Shown here one piece after another: positions 53,331 through 64,000 of a stretch of 64,000 nucleotides of DNA. Location of the stretch: the IMG/VR virus record IMGVR_UViG_3300028394_000042; one strand, written 5' to 3'. The notes beneath the pieces are model-generated. The model was not told the DNA's origin and ran no database searches. It saw only the letters and a list, made by a program, of their open reading frames with translations. A program made the position numbers and the translations under genes. This DNA is from a virus. Position 1 is the first letter of the stretch. Each line of letters opens with the position of its first letter.

Positions 53331-56136
53331 TGCGCTTGGCTTCTACCTTTCTTGCTCGACGGATAGCCAGCAACACAATTTGCTTGGCTGCGAACTCCAC
53401 GAAAGGCAGACTACGCCTTTCTGACTCCTCGCGCAACCAGCCAAGAATCTCAGGCACTCGCTTTGCGCACTCGTCGCAGCCCCAGATGTCCATTTGGCGC
53501 GCACGGCCATTGCAGGAGCACGTAGGGGACGCCGTGATGCCAATGAGCTTGAGCATCTTCTTGAGTTCTGTGCCGGGGCCAAAGTCAGGCATGACAGGCG
53601 GCGCGGTGCTTGGCGCAGTGGGCAAGTCAGTGTCGGGTCGGGCTGTGAAGGGCATGCCAGCTACCGGGCCACAAATTGGTTTGCCGTGGTCTATTTTTGG
53701 CAACGAATTAGCCAACACAAAACCGTTGCACGTAGCGTTATTCACTGTTGAAATCAATTTTTTACCAAGTGAGTCAAACACATATGGAATGTTGTTTAAA
53801 TCCGCGCCCTGTATTGTTTCGTCTGCGCGATTAGGGATCTGAAACTTGATTGACGTAATAATTTTGTCTGTGACGTTTTTATATGTATTTGTATCGCAGT
53901 CAATTACGTACAACTGCACGCTTTCTGTGCCAAATGGAATATCTGCCGGATTAAGTCTGGTTTTACGTGCGTATACGCCCACAAGCGCGCAGTTATTAGC
54001 GCGAATTTTTTGAAGGTACGCGTCAGTAGTGCTGACAACAACGCTAGAGCCGGGGTTTTGGCTGACTGTGTAACACGGGCCAAAGTTGGAAGCTACAGTG
54101 ACGTATAATTTGCCCTCAAATAAGTCAGTAATAGCGTCCCGCACGCTTGCTTCTGTTTTGCCTCTTACGTCTATCTCCCTACTAAAATTTTCGTAATTGT
54201 TTTCAACAGTGCCGGACGACCGTGTATCGCCGCCGCCCAGCGGGCCAACAGGTGGGCAGGTAGGGCAAGGCCCGCACAGCTCCGGGTCTTTTGCGCACTT
54301 ACCGTCGGCGCCGCACTTCATGTCTTCCATGCACGGGAAAGCGCCGCCCGCATCAGTGCACGTTGGCGCACTACAAGGCGGACTGTCTTTGTTTTGACAC
54401 CTGATTGTGTAATGCCATTTGTCGGCGTTGGCGTTGTTGCAAGACTCAAGCACACGCACCTGAAATGTAGTGAGCCCCTTGGGCTTCGTGAAAATCATGA
54501 AACCTTCGGGCGCATCTAGCGCGCCTACGTTAGCCGGGCAAGTGCTTTTATCTATGCCGCGCCACTGGCTGTCTATTACCGGCGAGATGTATACGCCGGG
54601 GTTTGTAATTACGCAAGTAGTTACGTCTATTTGCTCTCTGTAAACTTGAAATCTGTTTGGTATTTTGTACGCGTTGTAGCTGAGGCAAAATTTCATCTCT
54701 GCCGAGCCAACCGTAAATATTTTTATAGGCTCGCCCGTAATTTTTACGCCGGATTCAGGTATTGCGCAGTCGCCGGCTGCAACTTGTTGGCAACCAGCAG
54801 CTATGCATTCAGCTTGTGTTGTGTATTGCCCCGTCGTAAGCGGCGCAATGTTTACACACGCGCCAACACCGCAACCGTTGATAACGCAGTTCCAAGTTTT
54901 AGCGGGCGGATTATTGGGATCGACGGGATCGACGGGGTCTGTGCAGCCGATACAGACATTCGCGTTACATGAATCGTTACAGGCTTGATCTGTTTCGTAC
55001 GGCCCGGCAACAGAACCGGCCGGCGGCGTTGTACCTGACTGGCAGTAGTGTGTAGTCGGGCTGCCATCTGGCGGCGGCGGGTTAGCCATGCAATACCAAA
55101 GCGGTTTGCTGCCACAGTCGCCGTTACAGTCTGGCGTGCTGTACTGGCCGCCACCTGTTGAGGCTTGTCGACATGTGTACGCGCCGCCGTTGTATACGCA
55201 GTCATAACGCGGTTCTGTGCAATTACTTGTACCGTCGCTGTTTTGGCAACCCGAATTGTTATACGGCCCAGATGTAGCGCCGTCACCACACTGAGACTCC
55301 AAGCAAGTGCCGCCGTAGCAATAATATTTTTTAGAGCCGTTTTCAGCGCTATCGCACGGATTTTGCCCGGCGTTACCTGACGAATTTGAATCAGAGCAAT
55401 CTGGCGTTGTGTACGTGACGCCGACAATCATGTCATCTGTTACTGGTACACATTCGGAATAGCCATCCATCGGCCCCGGATTGGGATAACCCAGCGGATT
55501 CGTCCCTTGCCCTACGCCGCCATCTAGCCCGTATTTCTCGTCAATGGTTATGCAACCACCAGCCGTTGGGGCATAACTTGCAGGCTGGCACGTATACAGC
55601 TTTTTGCAACAACATTTATCTACAGTTGCGCCGTCGGCTACTTGCACAAAACCCGCATCCGAGAGCCGCGCGGTTACTCCCAGCGATTCCCCAAGCGGAT
55701 TTCTGCCGTACCGCCCCACGCCACCGTCTAGCCCTGATTTTTGGTCGGTGGTTCTGTATGTTGCCGTTGAACTATATAACAGCTTGTTGTCTTTGAGCAC
55801 CAGTTTTGAGCTTATTGCCGTAACAGTCATCTCCTGACTCATTACAGAAGCAGCCGGCCCGCTTGCTGTAATGAAGCAGCGATACTTATCACCGACATTT
55901 GCCTGCTGCAAATTGGTGATTGTGTAATAGGAGCTATACGGCCCGGACGTACCCGACACCTGCGTGAAAGAAGCTGCGTCTTTGGCTTTTTTTTGCCATT
56001 GGAAACCTAGCGTTGGCGGCACATCTGTCGCCTCTAGATTTTCAATTGTGACCGTTACGCTGATAAGTCGCGTAGAGCCAATTGGGCCAGATATATCACT
56101 AGATTGCGACGTAATGCGAACGACTGGAATAGGCAT
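53323..56136 (-). CDS. large Cys-rich Ig-domain structural protein
   Basis: N-terminal Ig (FQWQ..YRC), many C..G.Y...C...C repeats, C-terminal GPGTELKK..CSC..MD.WG domain. Confidence 0.75.
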   Translation of the reverse strand: MPIPVVRITSQSSDISGPIGSTRLISVTVTIENLEATDVPPTLGFQWQKKAKDAASFTQVSGTSGPYSSYYTITNLQQANVGDKYRCFITASGPAASVMSQEMTVTAISSKLVLKDNKLLYSSTATYRTTDQKSGLDGGVGRYGRNPLGESLGVTARLSDAGFVQVADGATVDKCCCKKLYTCQPASYAPTAGGCITIDEKYGLDGGVGQGTNPLGYPNPGPMDGYSECVPVTDDMIVGVTYTTPDCSDSNSSGNAGQNPCDSAENGSKKYYCYGGTCLESQCGDGATSGPYNNSGCQNSDGTSNCTEPRYDCVYNGGAYTCRQASTGGGQYSTPDCNGDCGSKPLWYCMANPPPPDGSPTTHYCQSGTTPPAGSVAGPYETDQACNDSCNANVCIGCTDPVDPVDPNNPPAKTWNCVINGCGVGACVNIAPLTTGQYTTQAECIAAGCQQVAAGDCAIPESGVKITGEPIKIFTVGSAEMKFCLSYNAYKIPNRFQVYREQIDVTTCVITNPGVYISPVIDSQWRGIDKSTCPANVGALDAPEGFMIFTKPKGLTTFQVRVLESCNNANADKWHYTIRCQNKDSPPCSAPTCTDAGGAFPCMEDMKCGADGKCAKDPELCGPCPTCPPVGPLGGGDTRSSGTVENNYENFSREIDVRGKTEASVRDAITDLFEGKLYVTVASNFGPCYTVSQNPGSSVVVSTTDAYLQKIRANNCALVGVYARKTRLNPADIPFGTESVQLYVIDCDTNTYKNVTDKIITSIKFQIPNRADETIQGADLNNIPYVFDSLGKKLISTVNNATCNGFVLANSLPKIDHGKPICGPVAGMPFTARPDTDLPTAPSTAPPVMPDFGPGTELKKMLKLIGITASPTCSCNGRARQMDIWGCDECAKRVPEILGWLREESERRSLPFVEFAAKQIVLLAIRRARKVEAKRNG

Positions 56137-56156
56137 GATTTTTCAAAAAGTTGTAT

Positions 56157-57227
56157 TTACGTTGCGGTCCAGTAAATAGCAAATTTGCTGATATAGGTGT
56201 CTTCGCTGGGGTACCCAAGCCGAACAACGTCGCCAGCATTTACAGAAAAAGTGCCGCTGTAGGCTGTGCCGTAAATAGACTCACCTGCCATTTCGTAAAT
56301 AGCGGTAGTTACACCGCCGCGTGTGCGGTAAATGCCAAATGTGGTGTCTGATGCCCATACAGTGCCAGCAGGTACGCCAAAACTTGGGGTAATTGGCGCT
56401 ACGTACGACCACGCGTAATGCACAACGCCTGTTGTAGCCACTGTAAATGTGGGTCGCGCAGCGCTATACGACGTAAATATGCCAGTAGCCGATAGCGCTG
56501 TGCCGCTAGATGTGCCGTCACCAGTGAATGGCGAAACAGGCGCACCAAGCGGATAAGCCGACGTCACTGTAAGTGTTGCAGACGAGCTGGTTACGCTCGA
56601 CGCGTTAGTAGCCGACACAACGCACCTGTACGTGTCGTCGCTGTTAGACGCGTTCGACAGCCCAGTCAAAGCCAAGCTTGCGCTCGTGGCGCCAGATATG
56701 TTGGCAAACGAACCGGTTCCGAGTGGATTGCGCTGCCATTGGTACGTCACAGATCCTTCGGTGACACTGGCCGTGATAGAGAACGTGGCTGTCGTGCCCG
56801 AAGTCGTCTGGTTCGACGGCTGGCTGGAAATTGTGATAACTGGGGCGGCGACTGTCAATGTGGCGGCAGAGCTAGTTACTGGCGTAGCGTTGTCTGTGGC
56901 GCTGACTACACACCTATACGTGTCTGCGCTGTTTGTGGCGTACGTTAGGCCCGTAAGAGCCAAGCTGGCGCTAGTTGCGCCAGAAACGTTGGCAAACGAC
57001 CCTGTGCCGTGAGGGTTACGCTGCCATTGATAACTTAATGTGGCGCTAAGCGTAACACTGGCTGTGACAGAGAACGTAGCGGCCCCAGCAGAAGCTGTCT
57101 GGTTTGAGGGCTGACTGGAGATCGTGATAACCGGGCCTAAAACTTCCGTAGTGGCGACGTACGCTACCCCGCTCACGTACTTGATCGTGAGGCGGTCGTC
57201 TACGCGGGCGATTTTATGCTGATACAT
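56157..57227 (-). CDS. tandem Ig-like domain structural protein
   Basis: two near-identical PVITISSQP..YQWQ..YRCVVS..ATLTV domains. Confidence 0.85.
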   Translation of the reverse strand: MYQHKIARVDDRLTIKYVSGVAYVATTEVLGPVITISSQPSNQTASAGAATFSVTASVTLSATLSYQWQRNPHGTGSFANVSGATSASLALTGLTYATNSADTYRCVVSATDNATPVTSSAATLTVAAPVITISSQPSNQTTSGTTATFSITASVTEGSVTYQWQRNPLGTGSFANISGATSASLALTGLSNASNSDDTYRCVVSATNASSVTSSSATLTVTSAYPLGAPVSPFTGDGTSSGTALSATGIFTSYSAARPTFTVATTGVVHYAWSYVAPITPSFGVPAGTVWASDTTFGIYRTRGGVTTAIYEMAGESIYGTAYSGTFSVNAGDVVRLGYPSEDTYISKFAIYWTAT

Positions 57228-57229
57228 GA

Positions 57230-58024
57230 TTAAGCCCCGAGCAACAGAACATCTTGGCTATACAGATACGTGTCGCCTGTCCAGTATGGCGTGGTGCTAC
57301 TTGCAACATACGCGCCTCTAATGCGTATAACAGCGCGGTAAATTGTGTTTACGTTAGCGCTTGTGAGCCCGGTTAAACTCAAGTTCGACGAGTACGGACT
57401 TGTGCGAACACCAGCTGTTATAGCGGTAGACGCCGTGTTTGTCACGACAGAAAAATTGCTGGCTCCCGGTGCGCGGGCATACCAGATCACAGCGTTTGAA
57501 AGACTGTACCCGTAGCCTGTAGAGGGCGCTGTCACAGTGTACACCACGGAAAACGTTGCTGCGCCGCTTGAAATTGTGCGATTGGCCAGTTGCGTCGTAA
57601 ACGTTGCTCTGGGCCGAAGCGAGTTGCAGGTGACGATGCTGCTGGTTACGGGTGTCGTGTTGGCTAATGCGCTAGCGACTTGGCAACGGAATTGCGTGCC
57701 GTTTTGAATATCTTCTGTCAGTGACCCAGTGTCCGCGCCGGGGCTCACGTTTAATTTCAAGTTTGAGTAAGTCTGAATAGGCAGATTTACCCAGCGATCA
57801 GTACCGCCAGAGTTGCGCTGCCATTGATACGTTAATGGCGAACCAGCGAAAAGACTTGGCGTAACTGTTGCCGTTACGCCGAGCAGCGGGCCATACGCGA
57901 TAGCTGTAGACCCGATTAACTGGTTATCTGAGAATTGCGCATCACCCACAATAGCATATGGCTGCTTGGTGATAGCCAGCACAGGAATCTGCCGCGGTGA
58001 ACGTACGCCAAATTTTCCGCGCAT
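57230..58024 (-). CDS. Ig-like domain structural protein
   Basis: ITKQP..YQWQ..FRC; second Ig domain. Confidence 0.75.
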   Translation of the reverse strand: MRGKFGVRSPRQIPVLAITKQPYAIVGDAQFSDNQLIGSTAIAYGPLLGVTATVTPSLFAGSPLTYQWQRNSGGTDRWVNLPIQTYSNLKLNVSPGADTGSLTEDIQNGTQFRCQVASALANTTPVTSSIVTCNSLRPRATFTTQLANRTISSGAATFSVVYTVTAPSTGYGYSLSNAVIWYARAPGASNFSVVTNTASTAITAGVRTSPYSSNLSLTGLTSANVNTIYRAVIRIRGAYVASSTTPYWTGDTYLYSQDVLLLGA

Positions 58025-58042
58025 ATGGCTTACTCGCGTAAA

Positions 58043-59881
<1,839 letters not shown>

Positions 59882-59942
59882 TTAGATAACTAAATCGCGG
59901 GGCAATCACCAATGTACTTGAACGCTATTCTGCCGTCTAGGT

Positions 59943-60299
59943 TTACAGCGTAGAAGCCTCTATGAACGCTGCATCAATTGCCGCGCTGTCCATGCCAAAA
60001 GAGGCGGCTAATTGCGCAAGCATGCTACTTGCCCGGCTGATCGTTGGCTCGTATTCCCACTCATCTAGTGTGTCTTCGCGGACGCCGGGTGGCAGGGCGG
60101 CTATCGCGTCTAGAACTTGCTGCACCGTAATGTCGTGCCTGCGCAGCCATTTGCGGATCTGGGCGGCTGTAATTGTGTCTGGAACAACTGGCGCGGTGTC
60201 TAGCGTAGCTTGGTTGTATCCGCAGTATTTGCCGTCGTCGTCATAGACATGCCATGTTTTAAGCCCGCCCACAATGCCAATATATTCTGTTCTGCTCAT
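59943..60299 (-). CDS. tail-fibre-associated small protein
   Basis: VP..IT..Q..WEY..I.R..L..ID..F..A pattern; lies between fibre genes. Confidence 0.65.
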   Translation of the reverse strand: MSRTEYIGIVGGLKTWHVYDDDGKYCGYNQATLDTAPVVPDTITAAQIRKWLRRHDITVQQVLDAIAALPPGVREDTLDEWEYEPTISRASSMLAQLAASFGMDSAAIDAAFIEASTL

Positions 60300-63200
60300 G
60301 GCAACAATCTCGCATATGGTCGCAGTGTGTACCCCACAACAGATGTAGTTGGTGTTGGAAGGTCGCTTTGACCGGTCAAATAACCGGATAGTTTTGGATT
60401 TTGCTGCGACGCAGTTACTGGGCCAAGCACAGAACTGACAAGCGTGCTTGCCGTTGTGCCAACTTGTATAACGGCCACGCCGTAGCGTGTGCCAGCGTTT
60501 AATGTGTAAGAGGTTGGGTAACCTCCAGTCGCAGACAACACTCGGTTGTATGCGGTGTTGGCAAGCGCAAAATTTCCAGTGTTGCTATCAGTGCGCGCAA
60601 CTAGTGTTGCTGTTGTTTCGTCGTATGTATATATGCCAAAACGACACAGCGTTAAACCGCTTGCTGCCGATGAGCCACTCCAAAAAGTAATAGACGTAAC
60701 TGTCGTCGTGACGAGCGGCGTAAAAAACGTCCAATGGACAACTCCAGACCCATAACCTTGAGAGGCGTTTTGGAGCATAGGTGCGCCCGCGTCTACGCCA
60801 GAAAGCGACATACCAAGCCACTGGTTCAGCAGCGTTTTTAAGGCAACGTTTGTGCTAAGCTGGGCGTCCGGCAACGTACCAGTTATTAACGTAGACGCGT
60901 TGGTAACCGCAGGGCCTGTTGCGCCTGTTTGACCGGTAGCTCCGGTAGCTCCTGTGCCGTACGAAATCAACTGCGCTGACGCCCAAGTGCCGTTTGTAGC
61001 CTGCAGCGTCACCGACGCGCCGGTACCGTTGTATACCGTAAAGTCGAGATAGTCCGTTGTACCGTTTAAATAGACTACGCGCGTGCCGCCCATAGATACG
61101 CCGCTGTTTGCTGACGACGCTGTGGCCAACTCTTGTGCGATAAAAAACGTGCTTCCATTTTTTCGCGCCTGTGCGTTGTACTGATTATTTGACGCGCTGG
61201 CTGACCCGAACCAAGCAAAAAATGAAACTTCGTAGTAGCCAGCAATATTTGGCGTGATTCTATAAGTACTCGTGTTTAGCCAGCTCTGCGGATCAAAATC
61301 AGACGTATTAAATTGCACAATGTTATCTGAGGCGGACGTAATTGTCTGATCAGCGCTTCTCTTGGCTTGCACAACATAATTACTGGCCGCCACGCCAAAA
61401 CTTGCGCCAGTCGCGCCAGTTACACCTATCGCGCCAGTAGCTCCCGTAACACCCACTACACCTATAGCCCCTGTAGCGCCGGTTACGCCCACGGCTCCCG
61501 TTACGCCAGTAATTCCGGTTACACCTGTAACGCCAATAAGCCCCGTCGCCCCGACTACACCTGTAGCACCAGTTACGCCGGTTACTCCGCTGGTGCCCGT
61601 AGCGCCTGTAACTCCAGTTACACCTACCAGCCCAGTAGCGCCGCTAACTCCAACAACGCCGGTAGCGCCTGTAACGCCTATTGCGCCAGTTACACCAGCT
61701 ACACCAGTAGCGCCTGTAGCGCCAACTGCGCCAGTTACTCCTGTAACACCCACCACCCCAGTTGCGCCAGTTACCCCTGCTACACCAGTAGCACCCGTTG
61801 CGCCAACACTACCAGCACCGCCTGATCCAGAACTAGAGATCGTTAACGTGTCGGCTACAGAGTCGTAGTTAAAGGTAACGTTTGTACCAGCTGCTAACGT
61901 TGTTGTGCTTACGCTAGACGTACCAGTTGCGCCAACCGGGCCAGTAGCGCCTGTAACACCCGCGCCCGTAGCGCCTGTTACGCCAGTGACGCCTACTACC
62001 CCTGTAGCGCCAGTTACGCCTATCAATCCAGTAGCGCCGGTTACACCAACTGTTCCGGTTAATCCTGTAGCTCCGCTAACTCCAACAGCGCCCGTTACTC
62101 CTGTAACGCCAGTGACTCCTACTACCCCCGTAGCGCCGGTCACACCAACAGCGCCCGTTACGCCTGTAACACCTGTAACGCCAGTGACCCCTACTGAACC
62201 AGTAGCGCCTGTAGCCCCGCTAACGCCGATAGCGCCAGCTGCACCCGTGGCGCCGGTTACGCCTACTAATCCGGTAGCGCCGGTAACTCCAACAACACCA
62301 GTAGCCCCAGTTACGCCTACAACGCCGGTGGCGCCTGTAACGCCTATTGCACCAGTAGCTCCACTAACGCCAACTACACCTGTGGCGCCTGTAACACCAC
62401 GCGGCCCAGTAGCGCCTGTAACATCACCGCCAGCACCCCCGCCACCAGTGCCCGCGCTAGCAATATATAGTGTGTCAGTTTCTTCATCATAACTAAACGT
62501 TACGTTCGAACCGGGCGCCAAGGTTGTTGTGCTTATACTTGCCGCACCAGTAGCGCCCGTAACTCCGTCTAAGCCGCTGGGTCCAGTCACACCTGTGGCG
62601 CCAGCAGCAAGAAACAAAGACCAGTCGGCGCCGCCGGGAGGATAACCGGGGTTACCGGGGTTGCTAATTTTTTGATACTGGCTCCCGTCGCTGTAAGTGA
62701 CTACGTCGCCTATGGCGTAAGTCCCTAATCCGTTGTTATAAACACCGCGGTAAATGTATGGTTGCGCCCCAGTAGCTCCTGTTGCGCCAGTTGGGCCGTC
62801 AGGGCCTGTAGCTCCATCTTCTCCGGGCGGGCCGTCAGCGCCGTCAGAGCCTGCAAACCCCTGATCGCCCTGCGGGCCTGTAGGCCCAGTAGCGCCAGAC
62901 ACACCGCTTACGCCGAAACCAGTTGCACCTGTCACGCCCTTTGTGCCTGTGGCGCCCATAACACCAGTTGCGCCAGTCGGGCCAGTTACGCCGGCATCGC
63001 CAGTAGTGCCTATTGGCCCAGTTACGCCAGTTACGCCCGGTGAACCTGTGTCGCCTTTGAAACCAGTCGCGCCTGTTGCGCCAACTGGGCCTGTCGGCCC
63101 CGTTACGCCGCTATCGCCTTGCACGCCAGTGGGGCCTGTAACGCCAACAACGCCAGTAGCCCCAAGCGGGCCAGTTACGCCCGTAACGCCGACCATTCCG

Positions 63201-64000
63201 GTGGCGCCAGAAGGGCCCATCAAGCCACTTACGCCAGTGATTCCAGTTGCGCCTGTGACGCCAGTTAAGCCCGTTAAACCTTGCGCGCCAGTAACGCCAG
63301 CCACACCTGTTGCGCCAACAAAGTTACCGATGTAACGCCAGCTTGCGCCTAACCACAGGTAACCAGCGCCCAGCCCCGCGTACGGCGGCAAAGAACCAGA
63401 CGACAACGCAGCCGCGCCTAGAAACCATATATCGCCAATCGCAGTCGTGCCTGCTGGCGGCCACTCTGTTGCAGTGCCGCGAACTGTGAGCCCTATGCCA
63501 GTAGCGCCAGTTACGCCTGCAACACCTGTGGGGCCGGTAACGCCCACAGCGCCAGTTACGCCAACAGCGCCAGTTGCGCCAGTGACGCCTGCGCCGGTAG
63601 CGCCAGTTACGCCGGTAATGCCAGTAACGCCAGATGCGCTACTCGTGCTATTAATCTGCAGCGTGTCTGTTACGGCGTTGTACGAGAAGGTGATATTTGT
63701 GCCCGGCGACAGAGTTGTCGTACTGACGCTGCTTGAGCCTGTTGGGCCGACAGCGCCTGTTGCACCAGACACGCCTATAGGCCCAGTTGCACCCGTAGTG
63801 CCGACACCTGTAGCTCCTGTGACACCAGTCACGCCAGTGACGCCTGTGTTGCCTGTTGCGCCGGCTGCGCCAGCAGTCCCGGGTAAGCCAGTGGGGCCAG
63901 TTAACCCAGTGGCGCCGGCTAATCCGCGCGGGCCTGTCTCGCCAACAGGGCCAGTCGCGCCAGAGACGCCTGCTGCCCCGGCAAGCCCTGTGGCGCCAGT
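60296..64000 (-). CDS. collagen-like fibre protein, 5'-partial, with a C1q/BclA-like beta domain
   Basis: GXT frame stays open to the window end; [18 protein letters not shown]1q-like head. Confidence 0.9.
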   Translation of the reverse strand, partial: TGATGLAGAAGVSGATGPVGETGPRGLAGATGLTGPTGLPGTAGAAGATGNTGVTGVTGVTGATGVGTTGATGPIGVSGATGAVGPTGSSSVSTTTLSPGTNITFSYNAVTDTLQINSTSSASGVTGITGVTGATGAGVTGATGAVGVTGAVGVTGPTGVAGVTGATGIGLTVRGTATEWPPAGTTAIGDIWFLGAAALSSGSLPPYAGLGAGYLWLGASWRYIGNFVGATGVAGVTGAQGLTGLTGVTGATGITGVSGLMGPSGATGMVGVTGVTGPLGATGVVGVTGPTGVQGDSGVTGPTGPVGATGATGFKGDTGSPGVTGVTGPIGTTGDAGVTGPTGATGVMGATGTKGVTGATGFGVSGVSGATGPTGPQGDQGFAGSDGADGPPGEDGATGPDGPTGATGATGAQPYIYRGVYNNGLGTYAIGDVVTYSDGSQYQKISNPGNPGYPPGGADWSLFLAAGATGVTGPSGLDGVTGATGAASISTTTLAPGSNVTFSYDEETDTLYIASAGTGGGGAGGDVTGATGPRGVTGATGVVGVSGATGAIGVTGATGVVGVTGATGVVGVTGATGLVGVTGATGAAGAIGVSGATGATGSVGVTGVTGVTGVTGAVGVTGATGVVGVTGVTGVTGAVGVSGATGLTGTVGVTGATGLIGVTGATGVVGVTGVTGATGAGVTGATGPVGATGTSSVSTTTLAAGTNVTFNYDSVADTLTISSSGSGGAGSVGATGATGVAGVTGATGVVGVTGVTGAVGATGATGVAGVTGAIGVTGATGVVGVSGATGLVGVTGVTGATGTSGVTGVTGATGVVGATGLIGVTGVTGITGVTGAVGVTGATGAIGVVGVTGATGAIGVTGATGASFGVAASNYVVQAKRSADQTITSASDNIVQFNTSDFDPQSWLNTSTYRITPNIAGYYEVSFFAWFGSASASNNQYNAQARKNGSTFFIAQELATASSANSGVSMGGTRVVYLNGTTDYLDFTVYNGTGASVTLQATNGTWASAQLISYGTGATGATGQTGATGPAVTNASTLITGTLPDAQLSTNVALKTLLNQWLGMSLSGVDAGAPMLQNASQGYGSGVVHWTFFTPLVTTTVTSITFWSGSSAASGLTLCRFGIYTYDETTATLVARTDSNTGNFALANTAYNRVLSATGGYPTSYTLNAGTRYGVAVIQVGTTASTLVSSVLGPVTASQQNPKLSGYLTGQSDLPTPTTSVVGYTLRPYARLLP

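Overview
The window is a 64-kb piece of a large, jumbo-type dsDNA phage genome. It uses the standard code and nearly all genes are on the minus strand. Several proteins look Planctomycete-like, so that host is suggested but not proven. Left to right it contains: (1) a phage multisubunit RNA polymerase made of one beta + beta'-N fusion (catalytic GADFDGD) and a separate beta'-C gene running off the left edge; (2) an envelope/lysis block (papain-like protease, matrixin with PG-binding domain and cysteine switch, holin-like proteins), a 2H-phosphoesterase polyprotein and an actin-like ATPase; (3) many small accessory genes, then PhoH; (4) Gly/Ala-rich putative virion polyproteins punctuated by a recurring K-x-A motif, including an ART-like/SNF2 fusion; (5) promoter-gene-terminator cassettes with a CTAAAT-N17-YATATW promoter; (6) three tRNAs, a glycosyltransferase and thymidine kinase; (7) Ig-like and collagen-like fibre genes. 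The most striking element is a compact putative RNA-guided system at 46.6-48.15 kb. It consists of a stand-alone RAMP/Cas7-like gene, a ~150-aa partner gene, and a non-coding array of six units. Each unit is built from GGY-NN pentamers and delimited by GGCAGGC, a VIPR-like non-contiguous guide code. All calls are from reading motifs by eye; no database searches were run.
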